From the NCBI GenBank assembly GCA_013288565.1, contig JABDBP010000006.1:5088-69087 (forward strand): 64,000 bases of DNA, in the 5' to 3' direction. The position numbers and the translations under genes were made by a program. Positions 44,597-54,861 of this stretch are shown in pieces; position 1 is the stretch's first letter, and the number at the start of each line of letters is the position of its first letter. The notes beneath the pieces were generated by a model that had not been told where the DNA came from, made no database searches, and worked only from the letters and a program-made list of their open reading frames with translations. Source of the stretch: Alphaproteobacteria bacterium (GTDB lineage: Bacteria; Pseudomonadota; Alphaproteobacteria; Rickettsiales; JABDBP01).

Positions 44597-45284
44597 TTTC
44601 ATTGGCATTGGTGCACAAAAGGCCGGAACTACCTGGCTTTACGAGAATTTGCGTAAACATCCGCAAATAAAATTTCCGGCCGGCAAGGAACTGCATTTCT
44701 GGGACGCGCATTATACCAACGGCATTGAGTGGTATAAATCTTTATTTCCCGATGCCGGTACAAAAATAAAAAGCGGCGAGGTTACCCCTGCCTACGCAAT
44801 ACTGCCGCAGGAAAAAATACAAGAACTGCATGAAAATTTTCCTGATGCGCAGCTAATATATATTTTGCGTGATCCCATAGAACGTGCTTGGTCTGCAGCA
44901 CTGATGGCGCTCGAACGCGCCGAGATGAAAATTGCGGAAGCCTCAGATCAATGGTTCATCGATCATTTCAATTCCCAAGGCTCAATACAAAGAGGTGATT
45001 ACGAAACCTGCATTGCGAACTGGCGCAAATTCTATCCCAAGCATCAGCTTCTCATAATGGATTTCCGGGAGATAAAAGCTCATCCATCAGTTTTTCTAAA
45101 ACGCTGTGCGGAGCATATAGGCGCTGATGCCAACTTCTTTGGAGCTATATCAGAAAAAGTTATGAGTGAAAAAATCCACACAACCGGCGAACATCTGATA
45201 AGACCAAGCCTGTTTCCGGTTATAGAAAAAATTTACTGCGAGAAAAGGAAATTCTACGAGAAGCTATTTCCTTGCGGGAAATAG
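44589..45284 (+). CDS. PAPS-dependent sulfotransferase
   Basis: 5'-PSB loop GAQKAGTT, KELHFW, 3'-PB RDPIERAWS; overlaps the wzt stop by 8 nt. Confidence 0.9.
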   Translation: MLDFIGIGAQKAGTTWLYENLRKHPQIKFPAGKELHFWDAHYTNGIEWYKSLFPDAGTKIKSGEVTPAYAILPQEKIQELHENFPDAQLIYILRDPIERAWSAALMALERAEMKIAEASDQWFIDHFNSQGSIQRGDYETCIANWRKFYPKHQLLIMDFREIKAHPSVFLKRCAEHIGADANFFGAISEKVMSEKIHTTGEHLIRPSLFPVIEKIYCEKRKFYEKLFPCGK

Positions 45285-45558
45285 GCAATTTGCTGCTTTC
45301 CGGTACCGGGATGGAACAATTATTCGTCCGCTACGGCACGGACGAAGCCTTCGTTCTATAGCGGTTCCACACTGACTGAACTCCAATGGGCTATCTTAGG
45401 CAACATATTGATACAACTATTTATATATGCGTATACACGCAAAATTTGGATTGAATTCGTTTTGGTTATTACGATTGCGATTGACTTCAAACAATTACAG
45501 CTCTTTATAACCAACCTATTAAGGCTGTAATCAGATTTCCTTTAACTGCACGAAGTCT

Positions 45559-47193
45559 ATGAAAAAAACTATAATCGGTTTTGTAATAGGAATGTTAACC
45601 TTTTCACTACTATTGGGCAATAAGGCTTTTGCTACCGATGATGTCTCCACCTCTAAGGGTTCAAAGTGCGATCCCTACACCAACTACTCATGCCTTGATA
45701 ATTATTTAGGCGATGATATCGCCACGCGTTTTTTCAATTATTACAAACTCGAAATGGATCATGCGGCAGCGCCCACTGATCCAAAAGCCCCATCTTCCAG
45801 CCGGGCTGGCTGGCCAGCAACACCTGAATCCACACCGCCGATGCCGTTCACCGAGTGGCCTTACGGAGCCACTACCTCAATTGGAGTTAGCCGGCCCAAT
45901 TCAGTAGATAGCCCATTGATGGCCTCCATCGGCAATACCTCCGGCGGCAAATGGCTGCAGGATAACCACATACAAATTTACGGCTGGGTTGAGCCCGACT
46001 TTAACTTCAGCACTAATTCGCGTAGGCCGGGCGGCAATGCGCCGATGGCATATATGTATACTCCGGACACAACACAGTTGGATCAGAGCGTGCTGTACGT
46101 AGAGCGCGTGCCTGATACGGTGCAGACGGACCATATAGATTGGGGATTTAGGCTATCCGGATTGTATGGCCAGAACTACCGCTATACGACTGCCTATGGC
46201 ATCGCAAGCTACCAACTCCTGAAAAGAAATGACATCTATGGCTATGACTTCCCTATGGAATATGGCGAGTTGTATATTCCTCAAGTTGCCGAAGGCTTGG
46301 TCCTTCGTCTTGGGCGCTATATATCGATTCCGGATATTGAAGCACAGCTTGCGCCAAACAATTATATGTATTCTCATTCGATGACTTACACCTTCGATAA
46401 CTATACTAATGAAGGCTTGGTGGGTAGCTTGGCCGTCACAAAAAATCTCACGCTGCAATTGGGCGTAATTGATGGAACCGAAGCTGCGATTTGGCATATG
46501 GGTGAAAAGGTCCATAACCCGGATCCGAACCCGCTATATCCGGGCTCAACCTTCCTTAAAGATCCCGGCGCCAAACCCTCGCTTGTCGCCTGCGCTCGCT
46601 ATACCTGGAACAACGGTAGCGACGATATTTACCCATGCATGGATGGTATCAATAATGGCGTTTGGGGCTATAATAACGTTCAATGGTATGGGTTTACCTA
46701 TTATCACAAATTCAATGATAAATGGCACCTTTCTTACGAAATCTATGATCTTTTCCAAAGAAACGTGGCTAACATCAACAATCCGACTGCGGCAGCAGCT
46801 ATTGTAAATGGTGGCACGCCATTCTCCCCTCAATACATGCCTTTTAATGCACCGAACGGGGCGCAGTGTAAATCCTCAGATCTCACTTGCACCGCAAATT
46901 CTATCGGCACCGTGGCCTATCTGAACTATCAATTCTCACCACTGGATAATATTTCATTCCGGCCTGAGTTTTACGATGACCAGCAAGGGCAACGCACCGG
47001 CATTAAAACCCGCTATCTAAATTTCGGGTTGGGCTGGCAGCACTGGCTATCGCCACAAATTGAATTGCGTCCAGAAGTCGATTATGACTACGCTCTTAAT
47101 AAGGATGCCTTTAATGGTAATTCTAACCGGGGAATTGCTCCAGACAGGCGCTATACTTTGCTGGGCGCGATGGATGCTATAGTTCACTTCTAA
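45559..47193 (+). CDS. Outer-membrane beta-barrel porin-like protein
   Basis: Signal peptide ending AFA, aromatic-rich amphipathic strands, terminal Phe (DAIVHF). Confidence 0.82.
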   Translation: MKKTIIGFVIGMLTFSLLLGNKAFATDDVSTSKGSKCDPYTNYSCLDNYLGDDIATRFFNYYKLEMDHAAAPTDPKAPSSSRAGWPATPESTPPMPFTEWPYGATTSIGVSRPNSVDSPLMASIGNTSGGKWLQDNHIQIYGWVEPDFNFSTNSRRPGGNAPMAYMYTPDTTQLDQSVLYVERVPDTVQTDHIDWGFRLSGLYGQNYRYTTAYGIASYQLLKRNDIYGYDFPMEYGELYIPQVAEGLVLRLGRYISIPDIEAQLAPNNYMYSHSMTYTFDNYTNEGLVGSLAVTKNLTLQLGVIDGTEAAIWHMGEKVHNPDPNPLYPGSTFLKDPGAKPSLVACARYTWNNGSDDIYPCMDGINNGVWGYNNVQWYGFTYYHKFNDKWHLSYEIYDLFQRNVANINNPTAAAAIVNGGTPFSPQYMPFNAPNGAQCKSSDLTCTANSIGTVAYLNYQFSPLDNISFRPEFYDDQQGQRTGIKTRYLNFGLGWQHWLSPQIELRPEVDYDYALNKDAFNGNSNRGIAPDRRYTLLGAMDAIVHF

Positions 47194-47208
47194 AGGGAAG
47201 AAATTTAT

Positions 47209-47292
47209 ATGGATATTGTTTATATTGGTGTCACTCTCGTTTTCTTTATCCTCACGCTTGGGCTGATCGTTTTAAGCGAAAATATTAAATAG
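47209..47292 (+). CDS. Small hydrophobic peptide (27 aa) upstream of kdpF
   Basis: MDIVYIGVTLVFFILTLGLIVLSENIK; SD AAGGGA; single TM. Confidence 0.65.
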   Translation: MDIVYIGVTLVFFILTLGLIVLSENIK

Positions 47293-47300
47293 GGGCGGAT

Positions 47301-47387
47301 ATGTTTTACATCTTAGCGGGTATAGCTGCTCTGGGGCTATTTGGTTACTTAGTAGTGGCGCTACTTAAACCGGAAATCTTTCCATGA
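47301..47387 (+). CDS. kdpF: K+-transporting ATPase subunit F (28 aa)
   Basis: MFYILAGIAALGLFGYLVVALLKPEIFP with YL..ALLxPE motif; ATGA overlap with kdpA. Confidence 0.88.
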   Translation: MFYILAGIAALGLFGYLVVALLKPEIFP

Positions 47388-49147
47388 GTTTTACTGCTAA
47401 CGGGTTGCTGCAATATGTTCTTTATTTTGGAGTAATCCTGCTCCTGACAAAACCGCTCGGCCTTTATATGGCTAAGGTTTATACGAGTGAAAAAACCTTT
47501 GTCGAAAAAGGGTTGGGGTGGCTTGAGCGGCTACTCTATCGCATCGCAGGAGTCGATCCAACATTGGAAATGAACTGGCGGCAATATGCTGTTGCAGTAA
47601 TCATGTTTAGCGTTGGTGGGTTCGTTTTGCTTTATGCGATTCTAAGATTGCAGGGCGTTTTGCCGATGAACCCACAAAACTTCCCCGGAGTTTCGCCTGA
47701 TCTCGCATTCAATACCGCAATCGGCTTCCTCACCAACACCAACTGGCAATCTTATAGTGGCGAATCGACAATGAGTTACTTCAGCCAGATGGCCGGGCTG
47801 GCAGTGCAGAATTTCATTTCCGCGGCGGTCGGCATGGCGATATTGGTCGCGCTGATTCGCGGATTTACTAGCAAAAAAACGAATCTTATTGGGAATTTCT
47901 GGGTCGATATGATCCGGACGAATCTTTATATTCTCCTGCCTTTGTCGCTTATTTTGGCTGTATTGCTTGGCTCTCAAGGTGTAGTGCAGACATTTAGCCC
48001 TAATGTTCCCGTACCTTTAATAGAAAAGTCTATTGTTGAAGAGAAAAAAGACGATAAAGGCATTGTCACGCAAAAAGCCGATGTTGTTACCGAGCAATCT
48101 ATTGCGGTCGGCCCGGTAGCTTCGCAAATCGCAATTAAGCAGCTTGGCACTAATGGCGGCGGGTTTTTTAACGTCAATTCAGCTCATCCTTTCGAGAATC
48201 CAACTGCATTTTCCAATTTCCTGGAAATGGTTGCAATTCTACTAATTCCGGCAGCGCTTTGTTACACATTCGGCGTGATGGTGGGTGATAGGCGGCAAGG
48301 ATGGGCAATCTGGATTGCTATGGCGGCTATATTGATGCCGCTTACCCTGCTCTGTGTCGGAATAGAACAGCATGGCAACCCGCTATTTGCCAATCTCGGG
48401 ATTGATCAAAGTCTGGGAAATATGGAAGGAAAAGAAGTGCGGTTCGGAACAGCTAATTCCGCGATATGGGCAACTGTTACCACCGCCGCCTCTAATGGTT
48501 CAGTAAATTCGATGCATGATTCTTTCACTCCGCTTGGCGGGATGATTCCACTCATTATGTTGCAATTCAGCGAAGTTGTTTTCGGTGGCGTCGGAAGTGG
48601 GCTTTATGGAATGCTAGCTTACGTTTTGGTTACGGTATTTATTGCTGGGCTGATGGTTGGCCGCACTCCAGAATATCTCGGCAAGAAAATCCAATCATTC
48701 GAGATGAAGATGGTTTCGATTGCGATTCTGATCACTCCGCTGATCGTTCTGGTCGGAACTGCGATTGCCGTGATGATTGAGGTGGGGAAGGCAGGAATAT
48801 TCAATCCCGGAGCGCAAGGGTTTTCCGAAGTTCTTTACGCCTTCACTTCCGCCGGAGACAATAACGGCAGCGCATTTGCAGGATTATCGGCCAACACACC
48901 GTTTTATAACATAGCACTCGGAATTTGCATGTTGCTGGGGCGGTTCTGGATAATAATCCCGATCCTGGCAATTGCCGGTTCATTTGCTGAGAAAAATAGT
49001 GTGCCACCATCGGCCGGAACACTTCCGACTCATACTCCGTTGTTCATTGCAATGTTGGTCGGCATCGTGGTTATGGTCGGACTCTTAACTTACGTTCCAG
49101 CATTAGCGCTAGGTCCCGTGGCCGAGCATTTTAATTTGTTAAAATGA
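47384..49147 (+). CDS. kdpA: K+-transporting ATPase subunit A
   Basis: Filter motifs TNTNWQ, GTNGGG, SNGS, NNGSAFAG; MVGRTPEYLGKK. Confidence 0.98.
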   Translation: MSFTANGLLQYVLYFGVILLLTKPLGLYMAKVYTSEKTFVEKGLGWLERLLYRIAGVDPTLEMNWRQYAVAVIMFSVGGFVLLYAILRLQGVLPMNPQNFPGVSPDLAFNTAIGFLTNTNWQSYSGESTMSYFSQMAGLAVQNFISAAVGMAILVALIRGFTSKKTNLIGNFWVDMIRTNLYILLPLSLILAVLLGSQGVVQTFSPNVPVPLIEKSIVEEKKDDKGIVTQKADVVTEQSIAVGPVASQIAIKQLGTNGGGFFNVNSAHPFENPTAFSNFLEMVAILLIPAALCYTFGVMVGDRRQGWAIWIAMAAILMPLTLLCVGIEQHGNPLFANLGIDQSLGNMEGKEVRFGTANSAIWATVTTAASNGSVNSMHDSFTPLGGMIPLIMLQFSEVVFGGVGSGLYGMLAYVLVTVFIAGLMVGRTPEYLGKKIQSFEMKMVSIAILITPLIVLVGTAIAVMIEVGKAGIFNPGAQGFSEVLYAFTSAGDNNGSAFAGLSANTPFYNIALGICMLLGRFWIIIPILAIAGSFAEKNSVPPSAGTLPTHTPLFIAMLVGIVVMVGLLTYVPALALGPVAEHFNLLK

Positions 49148-49249
49148 GCGAATACAGAATGTATGAGCCAGCCATGAGCCAGCGCAGCGTCGGGCCATTG
49201 AAAAGTTTAGAAAAACTTTTCAGGGCGCATTAAAAAAAGGATTTTATTT

Positions 49250-51319
49250 ATGAATCACTCCGCGATTTCCGATTTCCTCGGTTTCGATAACCCGAAAGAG
49301 GCTATAACGCTATCGTTCAAGCGGCTCGGCATTAAATATCAAGCGCGAAACCCGGTGATGTTCGTGGTATTCGTCGGCGCGGTTATAACTTCGCTAATCA
49401 CTATATATAAACTGTTCACACCATCCGCAGGCGAGTCGGCTGGGTTTGTCTGCGGGATAACTTTTTGGCTCTGGTTCACCCTGATTTTCGCCAATTTCGC
49501 CGAAGCGATAGCGGAAGGAAAAGGCAAAGCCCAGGCCGATTCCTTAAGGAAGGCAAGGCGGGATGTTGAAGCGAAAAGAATGCCTAATATAAAAGACCGC
49601 AAGAATTACGAAAAAATTCCGGGAAATAAATTGCGCGCCGGTGATATAGTGTTAGTGGAAGCCGGAGATTACATACCTAGCGATGGGCAAGTTATTCGTG
49701 GTGTTGCCTCGGTAGATGAGAGTGCGATAACGGGAGAAAGTGCACCAGTCATCCGCGAATCGGGTGGGGATCACGACGCAGTAACCGGGGGAACAAGAGT
49801 TCTTTCGGATTGGCTGATGATAAGGATCACCGCTAATCCTGGCGAGTGTTTTATCGATCATATGATTGCGCTGGTGGAAGGTGCGAAACGCCAGAAAACC
49901 CCAAATGAAATCGCGCTTGGTATTTTGCTTGCTGCGATGACTCTGATTTTCCTGATGGTTACGGTAACTCTGCTGCCATTTTCATTATTCAGCGTCGAAA
50001 GAATGCACCAGGGACTTCCCGTAACAATCACAGTATTGGTTGCACTCCTGGTTTGCCTGATTCCCACCACCATCGGCGGATTGCTTTCAGCTATCGGCAT
50101 TTCCGGAATGAAAAGATTGATTCAGGCGAATGTGATTGCAACATCAGGCCGCGCTGTTGAAGCTGCAGGAGATGTTAACGTTCTGCTTCTAGATAAAACC
50201 GGCACCATCACTTACGGCAACCGGCAAGCAACCGCTTTCATTCCGGCGGAAGGGATTAGTGAATTGCAATTAGCAGAGGCAGCATTACTTTCTTCGCTCG
50301 CTGATGAAACGCCGGAAGGGAAATCCATCGTTACCTTCACCCGAGAACATTTTCAAGCCCTGGTTCTTGATCCTGTATTAAAGGCTGAATTTATCCCGTT
50401 CTCAGCAGAAACCAGGGTCAGCGGTGCGGTTGTTGGGGAACGCAAAATACTGAAAGGTGCTGGCCAGGCAATAACAGCGCATGTGCAAAAACTTGGCGGG
50501 AAAGTTCCGACGAAAACTGAAGGAGATGCGGAGGCGATTGCGCGCAGTGGCGGTACGCCGCTTTTTGTCGCCGATGGTGCAAAAATTTTAGGCGTCATAC
50601 ACTTAAAAGATATAGTAAAGCCGGATATTAAAAACCGCTTGGCGGAGCTACGTAAAATGGGAATCAAGAGCGTTATGATTACCGGCGATAATCCCCTTAC
50701 CGCCGCCGCTATTGCTACGGAAGCGGGAGTCGATGATTATTTGGCGGAAGCAACGCCGAAAGATAAGTTGGCTCTGATTAAAAAAATGCAGGAGGGTGGT
50801 GAGCTGGTTGCAATGGTAGGAGACGGCACCAACGACGCCCCAGCCTTGGCGCAAGCAGATGTCGCGGTAGTAATGAACAGCGGCACCCAGGCGGCGAAAG
50901 AAGCTGGAAATATGGTTGATCTTGATTCCAACCCAACGAAACTTATTGAAATTGTGGAAATCGGAAAACAATTATTGATGACGCGAGGAAGCTTGACTAC
51001 ATTTTCTATCGCCAATGATCTATCCAAATATTTTGCCATTATTCCGGCGGCTTTCGTCAGCACTTATCCGGCTTTGGCGAGGCTTAATATCATGCATCTG
51101 GCAACTCCGCAAAGCGCCATCATGTCAGCGGTGATATTCAACGCCCTCATAATAGTCTGCTTAATTCCATTAGCGCTTAAAGGCGTGAAATACCGGCATG
51201 TCGCGGCGGCAAACCTCCTTCAGCACAATATATTTGTTTATGGCCTGGGCGGAATCATCGTCCCGTTCATCGGAATAAAGGCGATTGATATGCTGCTGGT
51301 AATGACAGGGCTGGCTTAA
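49250..51319 (+). CDS. kdpB: K+-transporting ATPase subunit B (P-type ATPase)
   Basis: TGES, CLIPTT, DKTGT, GDGTND. Confidence 0.98.
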   Translation: MNHSAISDFLGFDNPKEAITLSFKRLGIKYQARNPVMFVVFVGAVITSLITIYKLFTPSAGESAGFVCGITFWLWFTLIFANFAEAIAEGKGKAQADSLRKARRDVEAKRMPNIKDRKNYEKIPGNKLRAGDIVLVEAGDYIPSDGQVIRGVASVDESAITGESAPVIRESGGDHDAVTGGTRVLSDWLMIRITANPGECFIDHMIALVEGAKRQKTPNEIALGILLAAMTLIFLMVTVTLLPFSLFSVERMHQGLPVTITVLVALLVCLIPTTIGGLLSAIGISGMKRLIQANVIATSGRAVEAAGDVNVLLLDKTGTITYGNRQATAFIPAEGISELQLAEAALLSSLADETPEGKSIVTFTREHFQALVLDPVLKAEFIPFSAETRVSGAVVGERKILKGAGQAITAHVQKLGGKVPTKTEGDAEAIARSGGTPLFVADGAKILGVIHLKDIVKPDIKNRLAELRKMGIKSVMITGDNPLTAAAIATEAGVDDYLAEATPKDKLALIKKMQEGGELVAMVGDGTNDAPALAQADVAVVMNSGTQAAKEAGNMVDLDSNPTKLIEIVEIGKQLLMTRGSLTTFSIANDLSKYFAIIPAAFVSTYPALARLNIMHLATPQSAIMSAVIFNALIIVCLIPLALKGVKYRHVAAANLLQHNIFVYGLGGIIVPFIGIKAIDMLLVMTGLA

Positions 51320-51330
51320 AGCGAGGGAAA

Positions 51331-51903
51331 ATGATTAGTTCAATACGCCCAACTATAGTTTTTTTAATCCTGCTGACATTCCTTTTCGGAATTGTTTATC
51401 CAGCGCTTTGCACCGGAATAATTCAAGGGTTATTCTCGCACCGGGCCGAAGGCAGCTTGACTCAAAAAAATGGTAAAGTCCTTGGCTCGGAACTTATCGG
51501 CCAGAACTTCTCCGATCTAAAATATTTTTGGGCCCGGCTTTCTGCAACTTCGCCATATCCTTATAATGCAAGCTCATCAACCGGCTCTAATTTCAGCTCC
51601 GCCAACCCGGATTTGTTAAAAGCCGTAAAAGGTCGCATTAAAGCCCTTAAAGAGGCCGATTCCGGAAATAAAGCTCTAATTCCGGTTGATCTAGTAACCA
51701 GCTCCGCTAGCGGCCTTGACCCGCATATCAGCCCGGAAGCTGCCGATTATCAGATAAAGCGGGTAGCAAGAATGCGCAATCTGCCGGAAAAAACCGTAAG
51801 GGCGTTAGTTGCCAAATATACCGAAGACAGACAATTTGGTATATTCGGTGAGCCGACAGTTAATGTGCTTAAGCTGAATCTAGCACTCGACGGAAAAATA
51901 TGA
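51331..51903 (+). CDS. kdpC: K+-transporting ATPase subunit C
   Basis: GSELIGQ, DLVTSSASGLDPHIS, VNVLKLNLALD. Confidence 0.97.
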   Translation: MISSIRPTIVFLILLTFLFGIVYPALCTGIIQGLFSHRAEGSLTQKNGKVLGSELIGQNFSDLKYFWARLSATSPYPYNASSSTGSNFSSANPDLLKAVKGRIKALKEADSGNKALIPVDLVTSSASGLDPHISPEAADYQIKRVARMRNLPEKTVRALVAKYTEDRQFGIFGEPTVNVLKLNLALDGKI

Positions 51904-52006
51904 TTATCGGGTGATGGTTACCTTTGGAAGAGCACTATTGGCCGTAAATGGTAATAGTCACCCATAAAATCTTTCGATTAACGGATTGAATAGAAAACGA
52001 TATTAA

Positions 52007-52083
<77 letters not shown>

Positions 52084-52143
52084 ACTGGCCGGCATAGTAG
52101 GCATAACTGGACTCGCGGTCAAGGCTGTGGCGGGGCTTTATCA

Positions 52144-53271
52144 CTACGTCCTAGTGATATTCCGCAAATGCTCAATGACGTAATCGATGTCAGTGCGGGA
52201 TAAATCTATGGAAAACGGCAAACCAACGACTGTATCGGCAAGCATTTCAGTTACCGGCAATTCCATCCGCAGAAATTTCGCATAGGCCGGATGATTATGG
52301 CAACCCCTGGTCCACCATTGTTTGCCCTCAATGCCCTTGCCTTTAAGCGCTGCGATTATATCCTTCGCCATCAGCCCCGTGAAACTGACATTGCATACCG
52401 AACTGACCCACTCGTCGGAAAGCAGCCAGGGCGATGAAACATCCCTGCCGAAACATTCGCGGAACGATTCGATGTAGTGCAGTTTCAGCCGCGTCCATAC
52501 CGCTTTTTTGTGACTCCATAAGTCGAGCGCAGCTAGGCCGACTGCGGCTGCATATTCGCTCATCTTGGCGTTGGTTCCGGGCAGCCGGATTTCCCGTGCG
52601 CCGGAGAATCCGAAATTTATCAATTCGCGCACTCGCTGCATCAAACCGGCGTCAGATGAGATGATGATACCGCCTTCGCCTAGCCCAAAAACTTTCGTCG
52701 CATGCATGCTTATCATCACCGGGCATTTCCCGGGTTTAGCTTTGGGAACGGTGGAAAAGGAATCGAACCCGGCAGCAGCGTCGATCAATACTTTAATCCC
52801 GGTTTCCGAGGAAAATTCGTCCCATTTCGCGGTATCAAGCGGCGCGCCGAATGGCGAAACTACCATCACCGCGCTTACCATCCCCGGAACTTTTTTTATC
52901 CATTCCTTCACGCTTTCCGGCTCTATTGCCCAGCTGTCTTTGTCGATGTCGATGAAATAGGGAACCAGACCGGACGCGATTGCAGCAGCGGGCGACGCCA
53001 TGAATGTCCAGGAGGGCACCAGGCAGAAGCTGCCCTTCGGCAAATCTAGCGCGCGCAAAGTGGCGCTTAAGCCCGACGTGCCATTGGCAACCGTTAGTAC
53101 TGTTCCTTGCCCCATATCGAAGAATTTTTCCAGCCGCCGCTCGAACTCCACCGCTAGCGGCCCGAAATTCGAATACCAGCGGTTCTTATCAATCGTCTCC
53201 AGATAGGGAAGTATATACTGCGCTTCCGGCAGCAGCGGCCGCATTATGGGAATGTTTCTCGGATTTTGCAT
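52144..53271 (-). CDS. DegT/DnrJ/EryC1/StrS family PLP-dependent sugar aminotransferase
   Basis: SNFGPL, ANGT, IDAA, SMHATK (PLP lysine), GEGG; ATG 53271 avoids overlap with dapE. Confidence 0.9.
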   Translation of the reverse strand: MQNPRNIPIMRPLLPEAQYILPYLETIDKNRWYSNFGPLAVEFERRLEKFFDMGQGTVLTVANGTSGLSATLRALDLPKGSFCLVPSWTFMASPAAAIASGLVPYFIDIDKDSWAIEPESVKEWIKKVPGMVSAVMVVSPFGAPLDTAKWDEFSSETGIKVLIDAAAGFDSFSTVPKAKPGKCPVMISMHATKVFGLGEGGIIISSDAGLMQRVRELINFGFSGAREIRLPGTNAKMSEYAAAVGLAALDLWSHKKAVWTRLKLHYIESFRECFGRDVSSPWLLSDEWVSSVCNVSFTGLMAKDIIAALKGKGIEGKQWWTRGCHNHPAYAKFLRMELPVTEMLADTVVGLPFSIDLSRTDIDYVIEHLRNITRT

Positions 53272-53350
53272 AGGCTCTAAAGAATCACGCTGGAAATCAT
53301 GGAAAAAGAATACTAGATAGTAAGGGAGACATGCAAGATAGAGAAGCGAA

Positions 53351-54508
53351 TTGATAATCGACCCCATTAAACTTTCCGAAGATTTAATCCGTTGCGAAAG
53401 CGTGACGCCGGAAGATGGCGGGGCGGTTACCGTGCTGGTGCGGGCGCTGGAACCGCTCGGATTTTCCTGCCACGTCCTGCCATTCATCTCGAAAGAAGAT
53501 CCAGCGGAAGTTCAGAATCTTTACGCGCGGCGGGGCGATGCGGGGAAAAATTTCTGTTTCGCCGGACATACCGACGTTGTCCCGCCGGGCGACGGTTGGA
53601 AATTTGGCGCCTTTAACCCCACCATAGAAAATGGCCGACTCTATGGTCGCGGCGCGTCCGACATGAAATGCGCCATCGCCGCTTTCGCCGCCGCGGTATC
53701 GGAATTCTTGGCGGGAAATGCTGGGAAAAAATTCCCCGGTTCCATCAGTTTTCTAATCACCGGCGACGAAGAAGCGCTGGCCTTCAACGGCACGAAAAAA
53801 GTCCTGGAATGGATGGCCGCCAAGCGGGAAAAAATCGATACCTGCATCGTCGGCGAGCCAACAAGCGTAAAAAAATTGGGCGATGTGGTGAAGATCGGCA
53901 GGCGCGGCAGCAGCAGTTTTGCGCTTGCCGTGCATGGTGCGCAGGGACATGTCGCTTATCCGCATCTAGCTGATAACCCGGTGACGCGGCTGGTGAATAT
54001 TTTATATGATCTGAAAAAAAATCCGCTGGATTCTGCTACAGAATTTTTCCCAGCGTCGAACCTGGAAGTGACGAGCATTGACGTCGGAAATCCGGCCACT
54101 AATGTTATCCCACGGCTTGCGACAGCTAAATTCAACATCCGGTTCAATGATTCTAAGACCGCGAAAAAGCTGGAAAACTGGGTGCGCGGAATATGCGGGA
54201 AACATGCGGAAAAATATGATTTGGAAATCCACGTTACCGGCGAGGCCTTCATTACCAAACCGGAGGGCAAGCCGGGCGATTTCAGCGCGCTGGTTTCCAC
54301 TGCAGTTGAAAAAATAACCGGGGCAAAGCCGGATTTGAACACGACCGGCGGCACGTCGGATGCTCGGTTCATCCGAGAATTCTGCCCAGTGGTGGAACTT
54401 GGAATGCTGAACGCTACCGCGCATAAGGTGGATGAAAATGTAGCCGTGGCGGATATCCTGGAACTCACGAAAATCTACCGGGAAATCCTGGTCGGGTATT
54501 TTTCCTGA
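53351..54508 (+). CDS. dapE: Succinyl-diaminopimelate desuccinylase
   Basis: FAGHTDVVP, GRGASDMK, TGDEE, GEP, GHVAYP, GGTSDARF. Confidence 0.96.
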   Translation: MIIDPIKLSEDLIRCESVTPEDGGAVTVLVRALEPLGFSCHVLPFISKEDPAEVQNLYARRGDAGKNFCFAGHTDVVPPGDGWKFGAFNPTIENGRLYGRGASDMKCAIAAFAAAVSEFLAGNAGKKFPGSISFLITGDEEALAFNGTKKVLEWMAAKREKIDTCIVGEPTSVKKLGDVVKIGRRGSSSFALAVHGAQGHVAYPHLADNPVTRLVNILYDLKKNPLDSATEFFPASNLEVTSIDVGNPATNVIPRLATAKFNIRFNDSKTAKKLENWVRGICGKHAEKYDLEIHVTGEAFITKPEGKPGDFSALVSTAVEKITGAKPDLNTTGGTSDARFIREFCPVVELGMLNATAHKVDENVAVADILELTKIYREILVGYFS

Positions 54509-54519
54509 GGTGGTATCGC

Positions 54520-54583
54520 CGTCATTCCGGACAAGCGAAGCGCGATCCGGAATCTTAAGATTCCTGCTTTCACAGGAATGACG
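54520..54583. repeat. Palindromic REP-like element (CGTCATTCC...GGAATGACG)
   Basis: Terminal inverted repeat CGTCATTCC/GGAATGACG with inner GGAATCTT/AAGATTCC; between convergent dapE and xseB. Confidence 0.85.
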
Positions 54584-54599
54584 CCGTTTCTTTGCCTGA

Positions 54600-54845
54600 T
54601 TACCCGTCTAGCGGTTCGGTTTTGAGCGGTTGACCCTTAACGATTTTCTCGACTTTCAATTTGGCCTCGTGCAGTTTTTTTTCACAATAGCTTTTCAGCG
54701 CCGCGCCACGTTCATATTCCTCAATCGACTTTTCCAGTTCCTGCTGTCCGGTTTCCAGCTTGCGCACGATGCCTTCAAGCTCCTTCAAAGCCTGCTCAAA
54801 CGACATTTTCTCTATATCGGGGAATTTATTTTCAGCCATATACAT
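54600..54845 (-). CDS. xseB: Exodeoxyribonuclease VII small subunit
   Basis: [20 protein letters not shown]...C.KKL. Confidence 0.95.
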   Translation of the reverse strand: MYMAENKFPDIEKMSFEQALKELEGIVRKLETGQQELEKSIEEYERGAALKSYCEKKLHEAKLKVEKIVKGQPLKTEPLDG

Positions 54846-54861
54846 GGGTTAGAATAAATCA

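Noticed and set aside
51904-52006. Possible kdpD remnant after kdpC
   Set aside because: Only ~100 nt, with no recognisable KdpD-like translation.
34832-52006. Intact prophage or integrative element
   Set aside because: No integrase, terminase, capsid or att duplication seen; only one phage-like domain protein.
53272-53487. Long N-terminal extension of the DegT aminotransferase
   Set aside because: Overlaps the divergent dapE; family-like sequence begins at MQNPRNIP (53271).
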